DNA of 64,000 nt from Podarcis bocagei (Eukaryota): NCBI GenBank assembly GCA_964188305.1, contig OZ076888.1. One strand, 5' to 3'. The notes under the pieces are model-generated. The model had not been told where the DNA came from. It was given only the letters and a program-made list of their open reading frames with translations, and searched no databases. The position numbers were made by a program, and so were the translations under genes. Positions 10,954 to 23,010 of the stretch are shown piece by piece. The number at the start of each line of letters is the position of its first letter. The stretch's first letter is position 1.

Positions 10954-12009
10954 GCTGTTTCTCCAGGTCACAAGCTGGTAACACAGTTAACAGGCCCAGT
11001 GTGTGAATGCAAAGGGATAATCCCATGCATACAACTTTGCACTCTTTGGAGGCATGTAGGGTTCAAACGTAATCAAAATCCACATGGCCATTGCACTTTA
11101 AACCTGACTAGACTCCAGCATACACTGACAAAACAGGGGAGACAATATTGGCTTAGGCAGCAGATGTGGCGGCTTGTTTTCGTACAAACAGCCTTGAAGA
11201 GGTGTGTAGAGAGAATACCAGCCTGTCCGCCAACACATACTCTGGGTTGCAAGATTGCTCAAGTGTTGGCTATGGCAATCTGCTCGCTGTAAAATATTGG
11301 TTACTTGGTGACGTTAATGGCAGTGACAAACCAGAATGTGTGCTTCAGGCAAACAACTGGACAGTGCGTACCTTGCCCTGTGAAAGTAGCAGGTTGTGTC
11401 CCTCAAGCTGTTTGGGGGGGGGGGGATTGTAACACAAGCAAGCCTTTGTGCAAACTTCCCAAAGAGGGACAACCTGTAGGGTTAGGAGGTGGACCACGCT
11501 TTGCTAAAGCTCCCAATTAGCATGCTAATTAACTCCTATTTGGATGGTGGGTTCACTAATGTGGGCATATGATCTACTATTGGGAGCTGGTCTGAAGGTA
11601 GTTGCTGATTTCATCCTGTTCACCACTTGGCATTTTTGGGTTACTCTCCTCATTCACTCTTGAATAAATCATGCATCCTGTCACATTTATATCCCACCTT
11701 TCTTCCATGCCATCACGCCTGAGGTTGTTTAATTTTTTCCTCCCAGTAACACTGTGGCTTGCCCAAGGCAACTTCTCAGTTAAGCAGACACTGTAATTTG
11801 CTCTACTCGCTATACCACACTGTCTCTAATATACATGTAGTGCACACTAAAAATATAACCTTTCTGAGTGATCAGTTTATTCTAACCTAACTATTAATAC
11901 CATGAGACTTAGGGATATTCTTAAATGAGAGAATTTAGACGAGTTTGAAATTCTGAAGAAGATGAGTTTGAAATTCTGTAGCGACTTCAGAACAGTCTGG
12001 AACTGTAGC

Positions 12010-12102
12010 TATTAAGGCTAGATAAATCTGTCATGTCCAGCTTCTCATTTTTTCTCTTCATCCATTTCTCATCTTTTCACTTCAGCTTTCTGTTTGTTTG
12101 TT

Positions 12103-12158
<56 letters not shown>

Positions 12159-12425
12159 TTTGCTTGCTTGCTTGCTTTTTAAAAAAGTCCTCATGGAAAT
12201 TTATAAACATTTTAGTTAGTATTCCCCCCCCCCTTATATATACATTTTTGCAAGCAGTTTTCTCTAATGCGTTTCTGTATGCAATTTAACAAACAATTCC
12301 CTCTAATACAAATTCCTCTAATACACATTTTTCGGTTGGAAAACTCCTGCCACAACATTCAGAGAAGTTTGGATTTCATAGGTCATGGGTTGCATATTTT
12401 TTGGAGCAAGTGTAAATTAGGTACC
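12010..12425 (+). mobile_element. Unclassified old interspersed repeat containing a (GT)n tract at about 12106-12155
   Basis: Shares ctcatg[g/a]aaatt...cattttagt...ttcccccc..tata..tttttg with 19955-20467 and, reversed, about 51960-52258. Confidence 0.5.
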
Positions 12426-13779
12426 AGTTTTCTTCCCTATCCCCAGCAAGCAGCTATGGTACCCCGGGTCATTCATTTACCCTGGCAGCTTTCACTTGGC
12501 AACTTTTGGTTCCTGGGTCCTCCTCTGTGCTGGCCCCTCATGGGCTTCCAGTCCTTTTGGCATCCCAGAATTGATCTCTGTCTCATTCTAAACGATAAAG
12601 GACCAAAGCCATAGCATGTCAAAGTAGTATGGATGTTGTCCATGAGTGTTACACAGCAATGTCTGTTTGTTATGTCTTATCAAGGGACATATGTTTTAAG
12701 CTTGTCAGCATGCCCCTCTTGGTGAAAGATTTCCAAGATGCAGTGTAAACAAAACCATGATTCCATGGGTCATGCGGTGTGACTAGCTTGAAAGGCTGGA
12801 AATTGCCTCTAAGCCTTTCAAACTACTGCTTATCTGTGCGATTGTGTGTACGATTTTGAAGTTTGCAAGAAGATGAGTTTGCAAAAAGATGGAGTTTGCA
12901 AGAAGATGGCTGAAGTCCCATGAGAGAAGACTAAGGGATGGCTAAGATGTTCACACATGCTTTTGAAGATACTTCTCTTAACAAGGTGCAAAAATACCAC
13001 TGTGTGGGTAAAGTGAGGCAATGCAAATACTTTTCCTCCTCTTGGTCATCAGAAGCAAAAGCGAGCAGCAGCAATGTAGCCATGTTCGGAGGCAAGCAGC
13101 AAAATCCCAAGAATGGAGGCAAAAGAGGCAAACCCGATTGGCCGGCCAGGGGGCGTGACGCAGCCGGGGTTCCTGCTGCAATACTCAGGGTTGCTGCAAG
13201 GACCTGGATTCCTGCCCACAAAGGGGGAACTGACTTGTAGCCTTAAGTTGATGCTGTGACATGATACTCTAGTCTAACAGGACCAGAGAGCTCTTTTTTT
13301 GCCACTCAGCCGCTGAATCAATTGACCAATACATTTCAGGTTCAAATACGATTTTAGAAAATGATTGTCAGCAGTGAAGTCCGCCTCACAGCAGCAGACC
13401 TAAGCTTAACCTAATTCTGCATTTCAACCATCTTATCTTGAGCCATATCCCCGCAGTTTAGGGTCTCCCAGAATATGATGAAGAATATACTATTTTCAAG
13501 CTGCCCTGGTAGCTAAATGTATAATCATAACGCTGAATGCCTAGGAAAGTCCCAACAGCAGGACTTGGAACAGAGGACTTTCATTTGACCTACAAATAAA
13601 ATAAATATATTTAATTCAGATGGGGTACCCTGGATTTGGATCTAGATGTGATTTTTAGACTTAGTTGGATAAGAGACTTGGAACTGCTGCCCTGCTTTAG
13701 CCACAGTTCCCTTCCCTAAGCTCACTTTCAATCTTCTCTTTCCTGTTTCTGTTTCCTGGGTTACAACTGATTGGTTGGT

Positions 13780-13935
13780 TGCATCTATATCCCACTTTTC
13801 ACTGGATCCCCACAACAACCCTGTGATGTAGGCTAGGCTCAGAGGCAGCGACTAGCCCAAGGTTACCCAGGGAGTTTAATGGTCAAGTGGAATTTGAACC
13901 ATGGTCTCCCAGGTCCGACTCTCGAACCACTACAT
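13780..13935 (-). mobile_element. CORE/MIR-like SINE fragment
   Basis: cccacaacaaccctgtgatgtaggctaggctcaga...cccaaggttacccag...ggaatttgaacc; homologous to 22820-23010 and 41515-41734. Confidence 0.65.
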
Positions 13936-14943
13936 CTGGGAAGGAGCAGATCATTGGGAAGTGGGTTGGATATGCTTGTTTTTGGGTTTGGTCCTTTATT
14001 GTGGCCTTATGCAAGTTTCGTTGATTTTCATATGTATATCATGAATTGCTTTGGGGAATATTAGTTTAGTCTCCCCTCTCTCCAACTGCCAGATACAGTT
14101 TAGCTTAATTGACTATTTGCACCTCACTTTCGCATGTCAGCTGGCTCTCACCTGGCTGCTTCTATTTTGTAGTAAAAACATTCATGTTTGTGTGTCCAGA
14201 TTAGGGTCCCGTACTGTTTTTTGTTGAAAAGTGCCCCTTTAAGGGTAAGTAGAATATGGGGCAGTTTTCAGCAGTAAACCAGCATTGGGCATTAAATTGC
14301 ATTCGGCCGCTTTTTCACCAAAATAAAAGTAGCCAGGTTAAGCGTGTTTGTTTAAATGCTTTTAACCCAGCCTTCATCACACCCTGCTCCCCCGAGCTGG
14401 CTTGGCTGTGCTGCAGATACAACCACAGATGCTTGGGAATAGGCAGGATAGCTTAACGCCACCTGCTGTGGTCATAACTTACCGTACAGTGCTGGGCTGG
14501 CCATCCTGTCATTCCAGTGCTGGGCACTGATGATTTTTCCATGCCAGTGTTTGCTGCCTGTCAACCAGAAGTACTACCAATAGCATGAGCACAGAATGTC
14601 TCCACGCCAGATACCAGGATGGGCCAATGGCCAACGCTACATGTTACAGCTGCAGTGGGGAGAAGCCTGGAATGGCATGCAGGTTGTTGCTAACTTCACT
14701 CTGCGTAACATCTGAGCGATGATGCAGCAGTGATGTAATTGTACAGCTTAAGGATATGCCTACTGTAATATAGGCTGTCGTTTAGTTCTACGAAAATTCT
14801 GCACGTCAAAGCTCTCTGGAGGCTTCTTGGCTTTGAATTCTTCTGTTTTATTTATTTTAAAATATTTATAAAACACATTATAAAGCAGCAGAGTGGTGCA
14901 CAGAAAAAAAGTATAAAATATCTAAGTATAAAAGAAATATTAA

Positions 14944-15145
14944 CGGTAGTGGTGCCCACTCTGTGGAATGCTCTCCCATTAGATGTTAAGCAGATGAGTC
15001 ATTATATAACGTTTAGGAAACATCTGAAGGCAGCCCTGTATAGGGAAGCTTTTAAAAGGTTTAATGTTTTACTATGTTTTTATATGTGCTGGAAGCCGCC
15101 CAGAGTGATTGGGGCAATCCAGTCAGATGGGTGGGGTACAAATAA

Positions 15146-15185
<40 letters not shown>
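14944..15185 (+). mobile_element. L2-clade LINE 3' end with (TAT)n tail
   Basis: VVPTLWNALP...FRKHLKAALYREAF motif; ggaagccgcccagagtg...gatgggtggggta; (tat)n tail; same family as 42853-43250. Confidence 0.82.
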
Positions 15186-15186
<1 letters not shown>

Positions 15187-18100
15187 ACCAGCAATAATAC
15201 AATTAAAGCAACAGGGCAACACCAGAATATGACCAGCAGGCAGTAATTAAAATAATTCAGTCAAAAAGAAATTTAAAAAGAAGCCTTGGAGTTTTACCCA
15301 GTGCTGCATGAGCAGAGTATGTGCAACAGGATGTCTTCCTTTTGTCTTCCCAAGAGTTCTCAAAATCAGCTCTTTGGATCAGATTTTGAGGGTGCAAGGG
15401 GAGCTGCAGAAGTAAGGAGGGGGAAATTCCACTGCGCAAGTGGGAGCCTGCTGCACTAGTGGAACAGCAGCGCTGGATACAGGCCTTAATTGTGCATATG
15501 AAAGCAGAGATTGTTGCAGTGACTGCACTCTGAGCAGTTGCTTCTTGCACTTTGTGAGTCTGTAAATAAATGAAAACCTACACTTCTGTATATCTTGAAT
15601 GTCCAAATATTGCAGATAGCAGTCTTTAACCTCCTATCGTTATATAACTTCTACAGGTGGTAGTTCGGGAGATCGATCTGTGTCCTAGATTGGTATTGGT
15701 CAGGGCCTTTTATTCCCTCCCCCCAAGAACTACAAGTACACATACATTTTTAAAAAAGTAATATATTAGCGAACTTGTAAATAGCTGGAGTTCAGTGTTC
15801 AGAGCAGATGTTGGCCTGTCAGGTATTTCATCTGGTATTCACTTAGCCTGTCCTTGTTTCTGTATATACAAATGACATATTGGGTCTGTTTTCATTAGTA
15901 TTTATGTACTAGCTGTAAGGGAATGCAGTCTTTCCAGCTTGGCTGTTAATGACCCCTCCATGCAATAGCCAAGACCACTTAGTAGTCTCAGCTGAGGAGT
16001 TTTACTGCCAGCCTCTCCATCTAATTCTGCCTCAGTCTGTCTTATGCCTTTGGAGAGTGATATAAAGAGATGAGTGTATGATTTTCGCGGGGAAGAAATA
16101 TATCGGTGTGTACATAGACTCGAAGATGGGATGCAAAGTGGGCTCCCACAAGGCTCTGCTTGCACAGTTTAAAAGAGGGAAAGAAAATGAGACACTTCCT
16201 GCTGCTTAGCTAGACTTGCATGCCCAAGCTACCCTGAGCCATGATATATTTAGCAATGTATGCATTTTTATATTCCAACGTGTTGCAGTTGTTAAGTATG
16301 TCACGTGGAAATACTGGTATCTTTGGAGAAACTTGGGACGTGAGCAAACTGGGATGGCTTGTTAGGTACTATGGAGACAGGTGCTGGCTCCAGCTGGCCA
16401 CAGGACAGCTGGATGGAGCCAGGGTGGAGAGGTAGAGGCCTTCAAGCCAGCGGACGCAAATTTCTGGCCAGAACCTTTTGCAGCCAGAGAGCCCAGCGTT
16501 CTAAAGCAGCAGCCACCTCCCATTCTCCCTCTTTAAATGCCAGGCATCCCTGCTGCTTTTTATTCTGAGCAATAGGTTACCGAAGGAAGCCCCTCATAGC
16601 CTGTCAGCCCTGCCTGCCTCCTTTGTTGTATAACTGCTTATTGCATTTGCCTTGCCGTGCTGGATCCCACTAAATAGTCGTGCATTCTTGGCGCAGCTAT
16701 TAAATTATTTTGGAACAGGGCTCCTAGTCAGAATCACTCTGATTCTCTTCCTCCTCACCCCCATCCTCTGCCATTACATACTCCAGCCCCAAAGGAAGAG
16801 GGAGGGAGTCTGTCCTAGTTTAAGAGACGTAAGTCTCTCTCATCTCCGCAACCTTTGTTGGCAACCTAGTGACCCACTGCCAAAGCTCTCATAATGGCAA
16901 GACTAAAGTCTCCACTTGAGAGCCACTGAAGCAAGGAACATGCTGTTCTGTTCAAGAAAGCTCCTCCTGTAAGTGGCAAGTGAAAGAGGCACAGGGTCAG
17001 CCATGATCTGGATAGGTGAATAAAGGATGCTTGAATAATCTCGACAGCTTCTTTGTGAGCAGCTCCTTCCTTGCCCACCATTGGTTTTCAAGAGTGGCTG
17101 GCGCGTTTGGTGAAAACGTTCCACATGCATCAGAGGTATTCTCTTTATTAGCAGCTCTTGATGGTAAGCTAGACTTTACTTTAAAGAAACAGCATGCTGG
17201 TGTATGCTGACCCGCTGCTCCCACTTCATGCCCCTGGTATAATCAGGATAAACAAACCAGGGCAATTTGAGTTCTGTTGCTTCCAAGCTAGGTGCCATGA
17301 ATTTGTTTACCCTTAATGAAGCATGGTGGTTAGCCAGCCTTGGCCATGCTTTGTTGTTGGTTTGCTGGTTGTGGCAACAACCATGATTGTTAGTTCAGAT
17401 GTAAAGGGGAATCCAAGGATTCCTGGCTTGTTTCTCCTGCTTGCACCAGAGGAAGAGTGAAGCTGTAGCACTCAAGCAGCATGCACTCAAGCACACACAG
17501 CTCATTCACAGTAAACCACAGTAAGCCACAAAGTCTGGCTTATCGTTATGTGCAAAAGCAGACAGTCTCTCCATTGTTCATAATATTGTTTTAATGCACC
17601 AAGGCTGCAGTTCCCAGCATTCTTACTAGGAGCTTGCTTCTGAGTAAGCCTGTTTAGAATTGCTCTGTAATGTGTAAGATACTGGGGTTGTCAACATACC
17701 TGGAAGCCACACCAGGTTTTGAAGCTTTGCTTTCTGGCTCTAGAAAGGAAACTCAGGATGAGGCAAAGGCACTCTGCTTGAAACTAGAGTTCAAAATGTT
17801 CAAATAAAACAGTAGTAATATCGAAGGAAAGAAAACGTTTGAATCATGCAAGAATTTATTTATTTTTAGTAAACACTGCCACTTACGACATGGATCATGT
17901 GGGTGTGGTGGAAAGAATCTTCCATCCTTGGAAGCCGTACAACACACACTTCTTAGACCCACTTATAGCTAAAAGATCAATGGCGCTCCATTGCTTTATG
18001 TTGGGTTATTGTAAAAGTAACCATAAATATTGATGGATGTGCTGCAGCCCCTGCCATTTCTGAAGGCATGTGCAATCAAAATATTGCCAATACTAAGTAC

Positions 18101-18621
18101 AACAAAAAATAATGTGTTGCCGATACTAAGTGGAGGGAAAGTGGGGAAAAAAATGCTGAGAAAGTTATTAGGCTAATTTTAATACAGAATAACCACTCTG
18201 CTGCGTATACTGTTCTAGCTGTTAATATGAATCAGACTACAGCCTGCATATCATACCTTTTTTTAAAAAGGAGGTAAATACATTTTTCAGCATGCATTCA
18301 CAAGTGCACTATGACTTAGATTCAAACCTGTAGTAGGAATCCCCATTGGTTATCAAGTGTTAACACATTAGTTGATACAGGTTTTGCATTTATCAGTACA
18401 GGGGATGCAGGTAGCCAGGAGCAGAACAGTCTCAGCAGAACAGGACTGGCGCTTGGTGGGACATAATATGACCTAATAAGTCAAGAGTGTTCAGGGGTTT
18501 GTATGAATCCCATGAAGAGGAAGTGGAGGACGTTGCCTGGAGGGGTTTTGGATTTGTCTTAGGTGAAGCAGGGTAGGAGTTGAGCTGAACTGGGGAGCCC
18601 GCACACCCTGAAGCGCCTTGG

Positions 18622-19195
18622 TGTCATGGACTGGCTGGATGCAGAGGAATGGTGGGGGGAACCAGCTGGGGAACCCCCAAAGGAAGAAGCCTGGGGAGTG
18701 GTGGTGGGACAACAATGACTGGTCACAGGGAAAAGATTGAGAAGAGGTGGTATTGGAAGCTGAGGAGGTAATGGGGCTTAGTGAGCTGGGAGAGTCTGTG
18801 GCAGAGAGGTCTAGAATCAGAAAGCTGAAGCAGGAGTAAAGAAGGAGGTAGGTCAAGAGGCAGAGATGAGTCAGGCTGGTGAAGAGTCAAGGGTGTCTCC
18901 CTTTCCTGCTGTGATGAGCTCCTCTCCCCTCTGGTCTCCCAGAACCAGAAGAGGCATGAAAAGGGCAGAGGGGAGGTTCATGCATGCAGAATCTCTGATT
19001 GCTTGGAAAAAGCCCTGGAGAGGAGGGAACTTTGATGGCTGTGGAGAGGTGAGGTCTCAGCAACTGACCTACTGAGGATGAGCTGCTGTGCCCATTAGAC
19101 CTGACATTCCACCTACTCTGTGCATATTGTGTTTTTGCTAATAAAGAGTTATCTCCAGCGTGAACGGCGTGATTTACTGCTGGCTTACTACTGAA
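18622..19195 (+). mobile_element. Probable degraded LTR-like element (solo LTR)
   Basis: Starts tgtcatgg, purine-rich body, aataaa at about 19140; 3' CA end and TSD not resolved. Confidence 0.4.
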
Positions 19196-19780
19196 GAAGG
19201 GAAAAGTAATACAATGAAATGATCTCTTTTTAGCATCTCTGTGGAAGTATGAGTGGTTAATGGATCATCAGAGTAGTGTTCTGCCAGAGGGTCTCTTGAA
19301 TTAGGCTTTTGTCATGTAAACTTCCGTCAGAATTATTCAGGGCCATTCATCTGATCCAGAAAATCACAGTTTGTGCTGAGAAGTTGCACCTGCTGCAGTG
19401 TGTCTCTCCTGTAGTTCAAAGAAGGATGCCACCCATGTTTCAACACCAGGCATTCATAGCTTCTCCTCCCTTCCCTCATGTATTTGTCACAGAAATCCAT
19501 AAATGTTTTTCTAGGCTTGACTAATTTTTCACTCTGTTCTGATAATTCTAGGAAATTATTCTTTTGTCTAACTTGTCTTGCCTTTCATGATCTCATTCTA
19601 TATTTAAACCAAAGCTGCCACATTTAGGCTGCAATCTTGTACACACCTACCTGGGTGTTGTCAACCTCTATAGAATTTAGTTTTCAACTACGGCATTGTC
19701 ATCCAGTCCTCCACCTCTCTAGGTAATTTTCAGCATTTTTTCAATGGACTGGTTCCAGTCTTCTAGCTTTGGACACCAAA

Positions 19781-19783
<3 letters not shown>

Positions 19784-19857
<74 letters not shown>
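19784..19857. repeat. Compound microsatellite (CT)n(CA)n
   Basis: Read directly from sequence. Confidence 0.95.
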
Positions 19858-19861
<4 letters not shown>

Positions 19862-20111
19862 CCCCAAAATGGGAAGAGTCATAGTTCAGGGATGTGGAGC
19901 ACATGCCTGTATTCTGAAAGCTCCAGGTATGATTCCTTCCCATTGTTAAAAGGATCCTGGATAAGGATGGATGAATCTGACCCTTTCCATTTCTGGTTTT
20001 TCCAGTCTTAAATTCAATTCTCCACATTCCCATATCAGTTGGGGGGGCAGGAATTAAAGTTAGAGTTCTCATGAAAATTCACCAGCATTTTAGTATGATT
20101 CCCCCCCTATA

Positions 20112-20445
20112 CAGTGGTGCCTCGCAAGACGAAAAGAATCCGTTCTGTGATTCTCTTCATCTAGCGGTTTTTTCGTCTTGCGAAGGAAGCCCATTGACGG
20201 ATTAGCGCTATTAGCGCTTTTAGCGGCTTTTAGCAGCTTATCTGCTGATCGGATCAGCTGATAAGCGGGTTAGCGGCTTAGAAAAGGGGGGGAGGAAAAA
20301 AAACCAGCAGGAACTCGCAAGACATTGTCATCTTGCGAAGCAAGCCCATAGGAAATTCGTTTTGCGAAGCACCTCCAAAACAGAAAACTCTTTCGTCTAG
20401 CGAGTTTTCCATCTTGCGAGGCATTCGTCTTGCGGGGCACCACTG
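20112..20445 (+). mobile_element. Tigger/pogo-like MITE, short form (334 bp) of the 6290-8051 family
   Basis: TA|cagtggtgcctcgcaagacgaa ... ttcgtcttgcggggcaccactg|TA; core of short ttagcg(g/c) repeats; splits an older repeat. Confidence 0.92.
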
Positions 20446-20499
20446 TATATATTTTTGGAAAGCAATTGGGCTAGATGCGTCAGTGGTCTGGCTTGAGTA

Positions 20500-20731
20500 C
20501 AGTGGTATCTTGGGTTACATACGCTTCAGGTTACATACACTTCAGATTACAGACTCCGCTAACCCAGAAATAGTGCTTCAGGTTAAGAATTTCGCTTCAG
20601 GATGAGAAGAGAAATCATGCGGCGGCAGCACGGCGGCCCCATTAGCTAAAGTGGTGCTTCAGGTTAAGAACAGTTTCAGGTTAAGAACGGACCTCCAGAA
20701 CAAATTAAGTACTTAACCCAAGGTACCACTG
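20500..20731 (+). mobile_element. Tigger-like MITE, second family (caggttaagaa subterminal repeats)
   Basis: TA|cagtggtatcttgggtta ... taacccaaggtaccactg|TA; copies at 53991 and 63762. Confidence 0.9.
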
Positions 20732-21147
20732 TATAAGGCAACCACATTTTTCTGATCCATCGCTCTTATAGGTGTGATTGAAGACACAGCTCTCAACTGA
20801 CCTAATTCCCATTTTACTCTAGAAAAATGGATGGGGGCCTTGGTCCTTTTGATTTCTAGGATTACTTGTATCATAGCCTTATGACAGAGCAGGGAGCACA
20901 GAAAGTAGGTGGGCACAGGTGTCTCGGACCTTTGGCAGACCTTTCAGGACCACCAGTTTTGGAGACTAACCTGTCTCAAAAACTAACCTGTCTCAAATGT
21001 ACTGGAGTGTGCACTTGCAGAAAACCAGCCCTTTAAATAATGTTTATACCTAATACGTATATGAGAAAGGAGAAACAATTTAAGAGTTTGTGTGCTGAGA
21101 TAGCGAAATTTCTACTGCAGAGTACTTAGTGTCCTTGCTTATAGTAC

Positions 21148-21296
21148 AAAACTATAATTTTTATAATGAATGATTTTAGAATGTTGTTTATGTTGTACTT
21201 TTGTACTGTTTTATTGTTGTTAGCCGCCCTGAGCCCGGCTTCGGCTGGGGAGGGCGGGATATAAATAAAATTTATTATTATTATTATTATTATTAT
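21148..21296 (+). mobile_element. L2-like LINE 3' UTR end with (TTA)n tail
   Basis: gttagccgccctgagcccggcttcggctggggagggcgggatataaataaaatttattatta terminal hairpin plus tail. Confidence 0.7.
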
Positions 21297-22680
21297 ATCA
21301 GATTCTTTTAAATTGTAAGCTTATCGTCTGGTTCAGATGACATGTTAATGGTCGTGCTCTACAACTCTTTGAGAAACTTTCTTTAAGAAGAATGCCAGGT
21401 TATGAAGTCTAAAGGAAAGAATGCTAAAATACTATTTATTTAGTGCATGGCGTGTAGCCACGAGGAGGGGAGAGAGCCAGTAACTCTTGAGAGCCGACCT
21501 CAAGGTGTTTTAAAGCTGAGATTTCTGGCTGTGTTGATTTCTGTAAAGAGCTTGTTCTGATTCTTCCCACTTCAGGCAGTGAGAAAACCAAGAGTGAATT
21601 TGGACCCAAATTTAAAGAGGGTGGGGAACAGTTAACAAAATAGAATGGAATAATTCTGGGGTGCTGTGCGCAATGACAAAACCTGTAGAGCTTTGAAGTA
21701 GGATAGCTACCGTAATAAACATTCATTTTTGTGTTGGTCAGTGCCTTTTGCGTAGAAGCAAGAATTGTAGTCCCCTGTTCTGCCTCCCCAGCCCTACCCT
21801 TGGACAAGGAAATGGGAACAAAAACACACACACAAAAAAACCCAGCAACTTGCAAGCCGAAAAACATTAGGTAAGGTTGGAAAGAATTATGCTTGTGTTG
21901 CCAGAAACATTTGATGTCATTTGGGGTGCAGTTAAATTTCATGGACGCCTGTTTAGAAAGAAATCAGCATGAACATAAAACCGCTGGCAAATGAAACCAA
22001 GTCCTGTCTTATTCCCTTTTGCTTTCCACAGAGGTATGCTTTCTTTGCATTTTGAGAATAACGGTGATAATACTGGTTGGTGGCTGTTAAATTTGTTCCG
22101 CTTGTTACTTTCCCAAAGACTTCAGGACGGGGCGAGCGAAGAAATCTTTCAGTACATAAAAAATCTTTACTGCCTCTCGCTGATGCTGCTGCGATTACTG
22201 CCGAAAACGGAAACATCACACGAAACAGAATCTTGTTGTATATGACCTCTTCCTTAGAGGATCTTCCTATTGCCGCCGCAAAGTAAACAATGGTTCTTAA
22301 GGGAGAATCTGATTCAGTTAATTGTGCGCTGTTTCATATTGCATTGAATGTAACTCTTGGGCCACCCAGGGTCTAGGCTCATTGAGAGTGAGGATTTCCT
22401 GCACCTCCATCTCACTGACCTAATCGCCCCCTGAAAAACAAGAAACCAATTATGATTGGACAACTTGCCGCACCGCTTTCAAACCAAGGGTGTATAACAT
22501 CAACCATATCTTTACTTCTTCTGCCTGTTAAAGAGGAAACTAGATTACTACAGTATAAGAGCTATTTATTTTTCCCCTGGGTGTCTCAGAGTCTGCTGTG
22601 TTTCTTTCAAGCGAGCTGCTCCAGCAACCCAGGTGGTAGCACAGCAACCTGGGTGTTCTCCTCCTCCAAGTGTGCTATAG

Positions 22681-22818
22681 CAGGCATAGGCAAACTCAGC
22701 CCTCCATATGTTTTTGAGACTACAATTCCCATCATCCCTGACCACCGGTCCTGTTAGCCAGGGATGATGGGAGTTGTAGTCCCAAAAACATCTGGAGGGC
22801 CTAGTTTGCCTATGCCTG
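22681..22818. mobile_element. Palindromic hAT-like MITE
   Basis: TIR caggcataggcaaact / agtttgcctatgcctg; degenerate 8-bp TSD tgctatag / ggctagag. Confidence 0.85.
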
Positions 22819-22819
22819 G

Positions 22820-23010
22820 GCTAGAGTGTTAGGTTAGGACCTGGGGGACAAGGATTTTCATCCCCAATCAGTCATTAAGCTCACTAGCTATGGCCCACTG
22901 GCTGACCTTGGGCCCAACATCATCATTTCTCAGCCTAACTTGCTTCACAGGGTTGTTGTGAGGATGACATGAGAAGCTCCTTGTAAGAAATGTGGGGTAT
23001 AAATGTAATT
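22820..23010 (+). mobile_element. CORE/MIR-like SINE (head interrupted by the preceding MITE)
   Basis: tagagtgttaggttaggacctggg...gctgaccttgggc...ctcagcctaac..cttcacagggttgttgtgaggat. Confidence 0.68.

Noticed and set aside
12858-12909. Three copies of a 16-17-bp unit (agtttgcaa[g/a]aagatg); similar small duplications at about 11940, 20965 and 31502
   Set aside because: Ordinary slippage duplications with no further structure.
22010-22040. Pyrimidine tract plus cagag|gtatg as a micro-exon or recursive splice site (similar AG|GT at about 23505, 39227, 51912)
   Set aside because: Such motifs are expected by chance in 64 kb, and host gene and strand are unknown.
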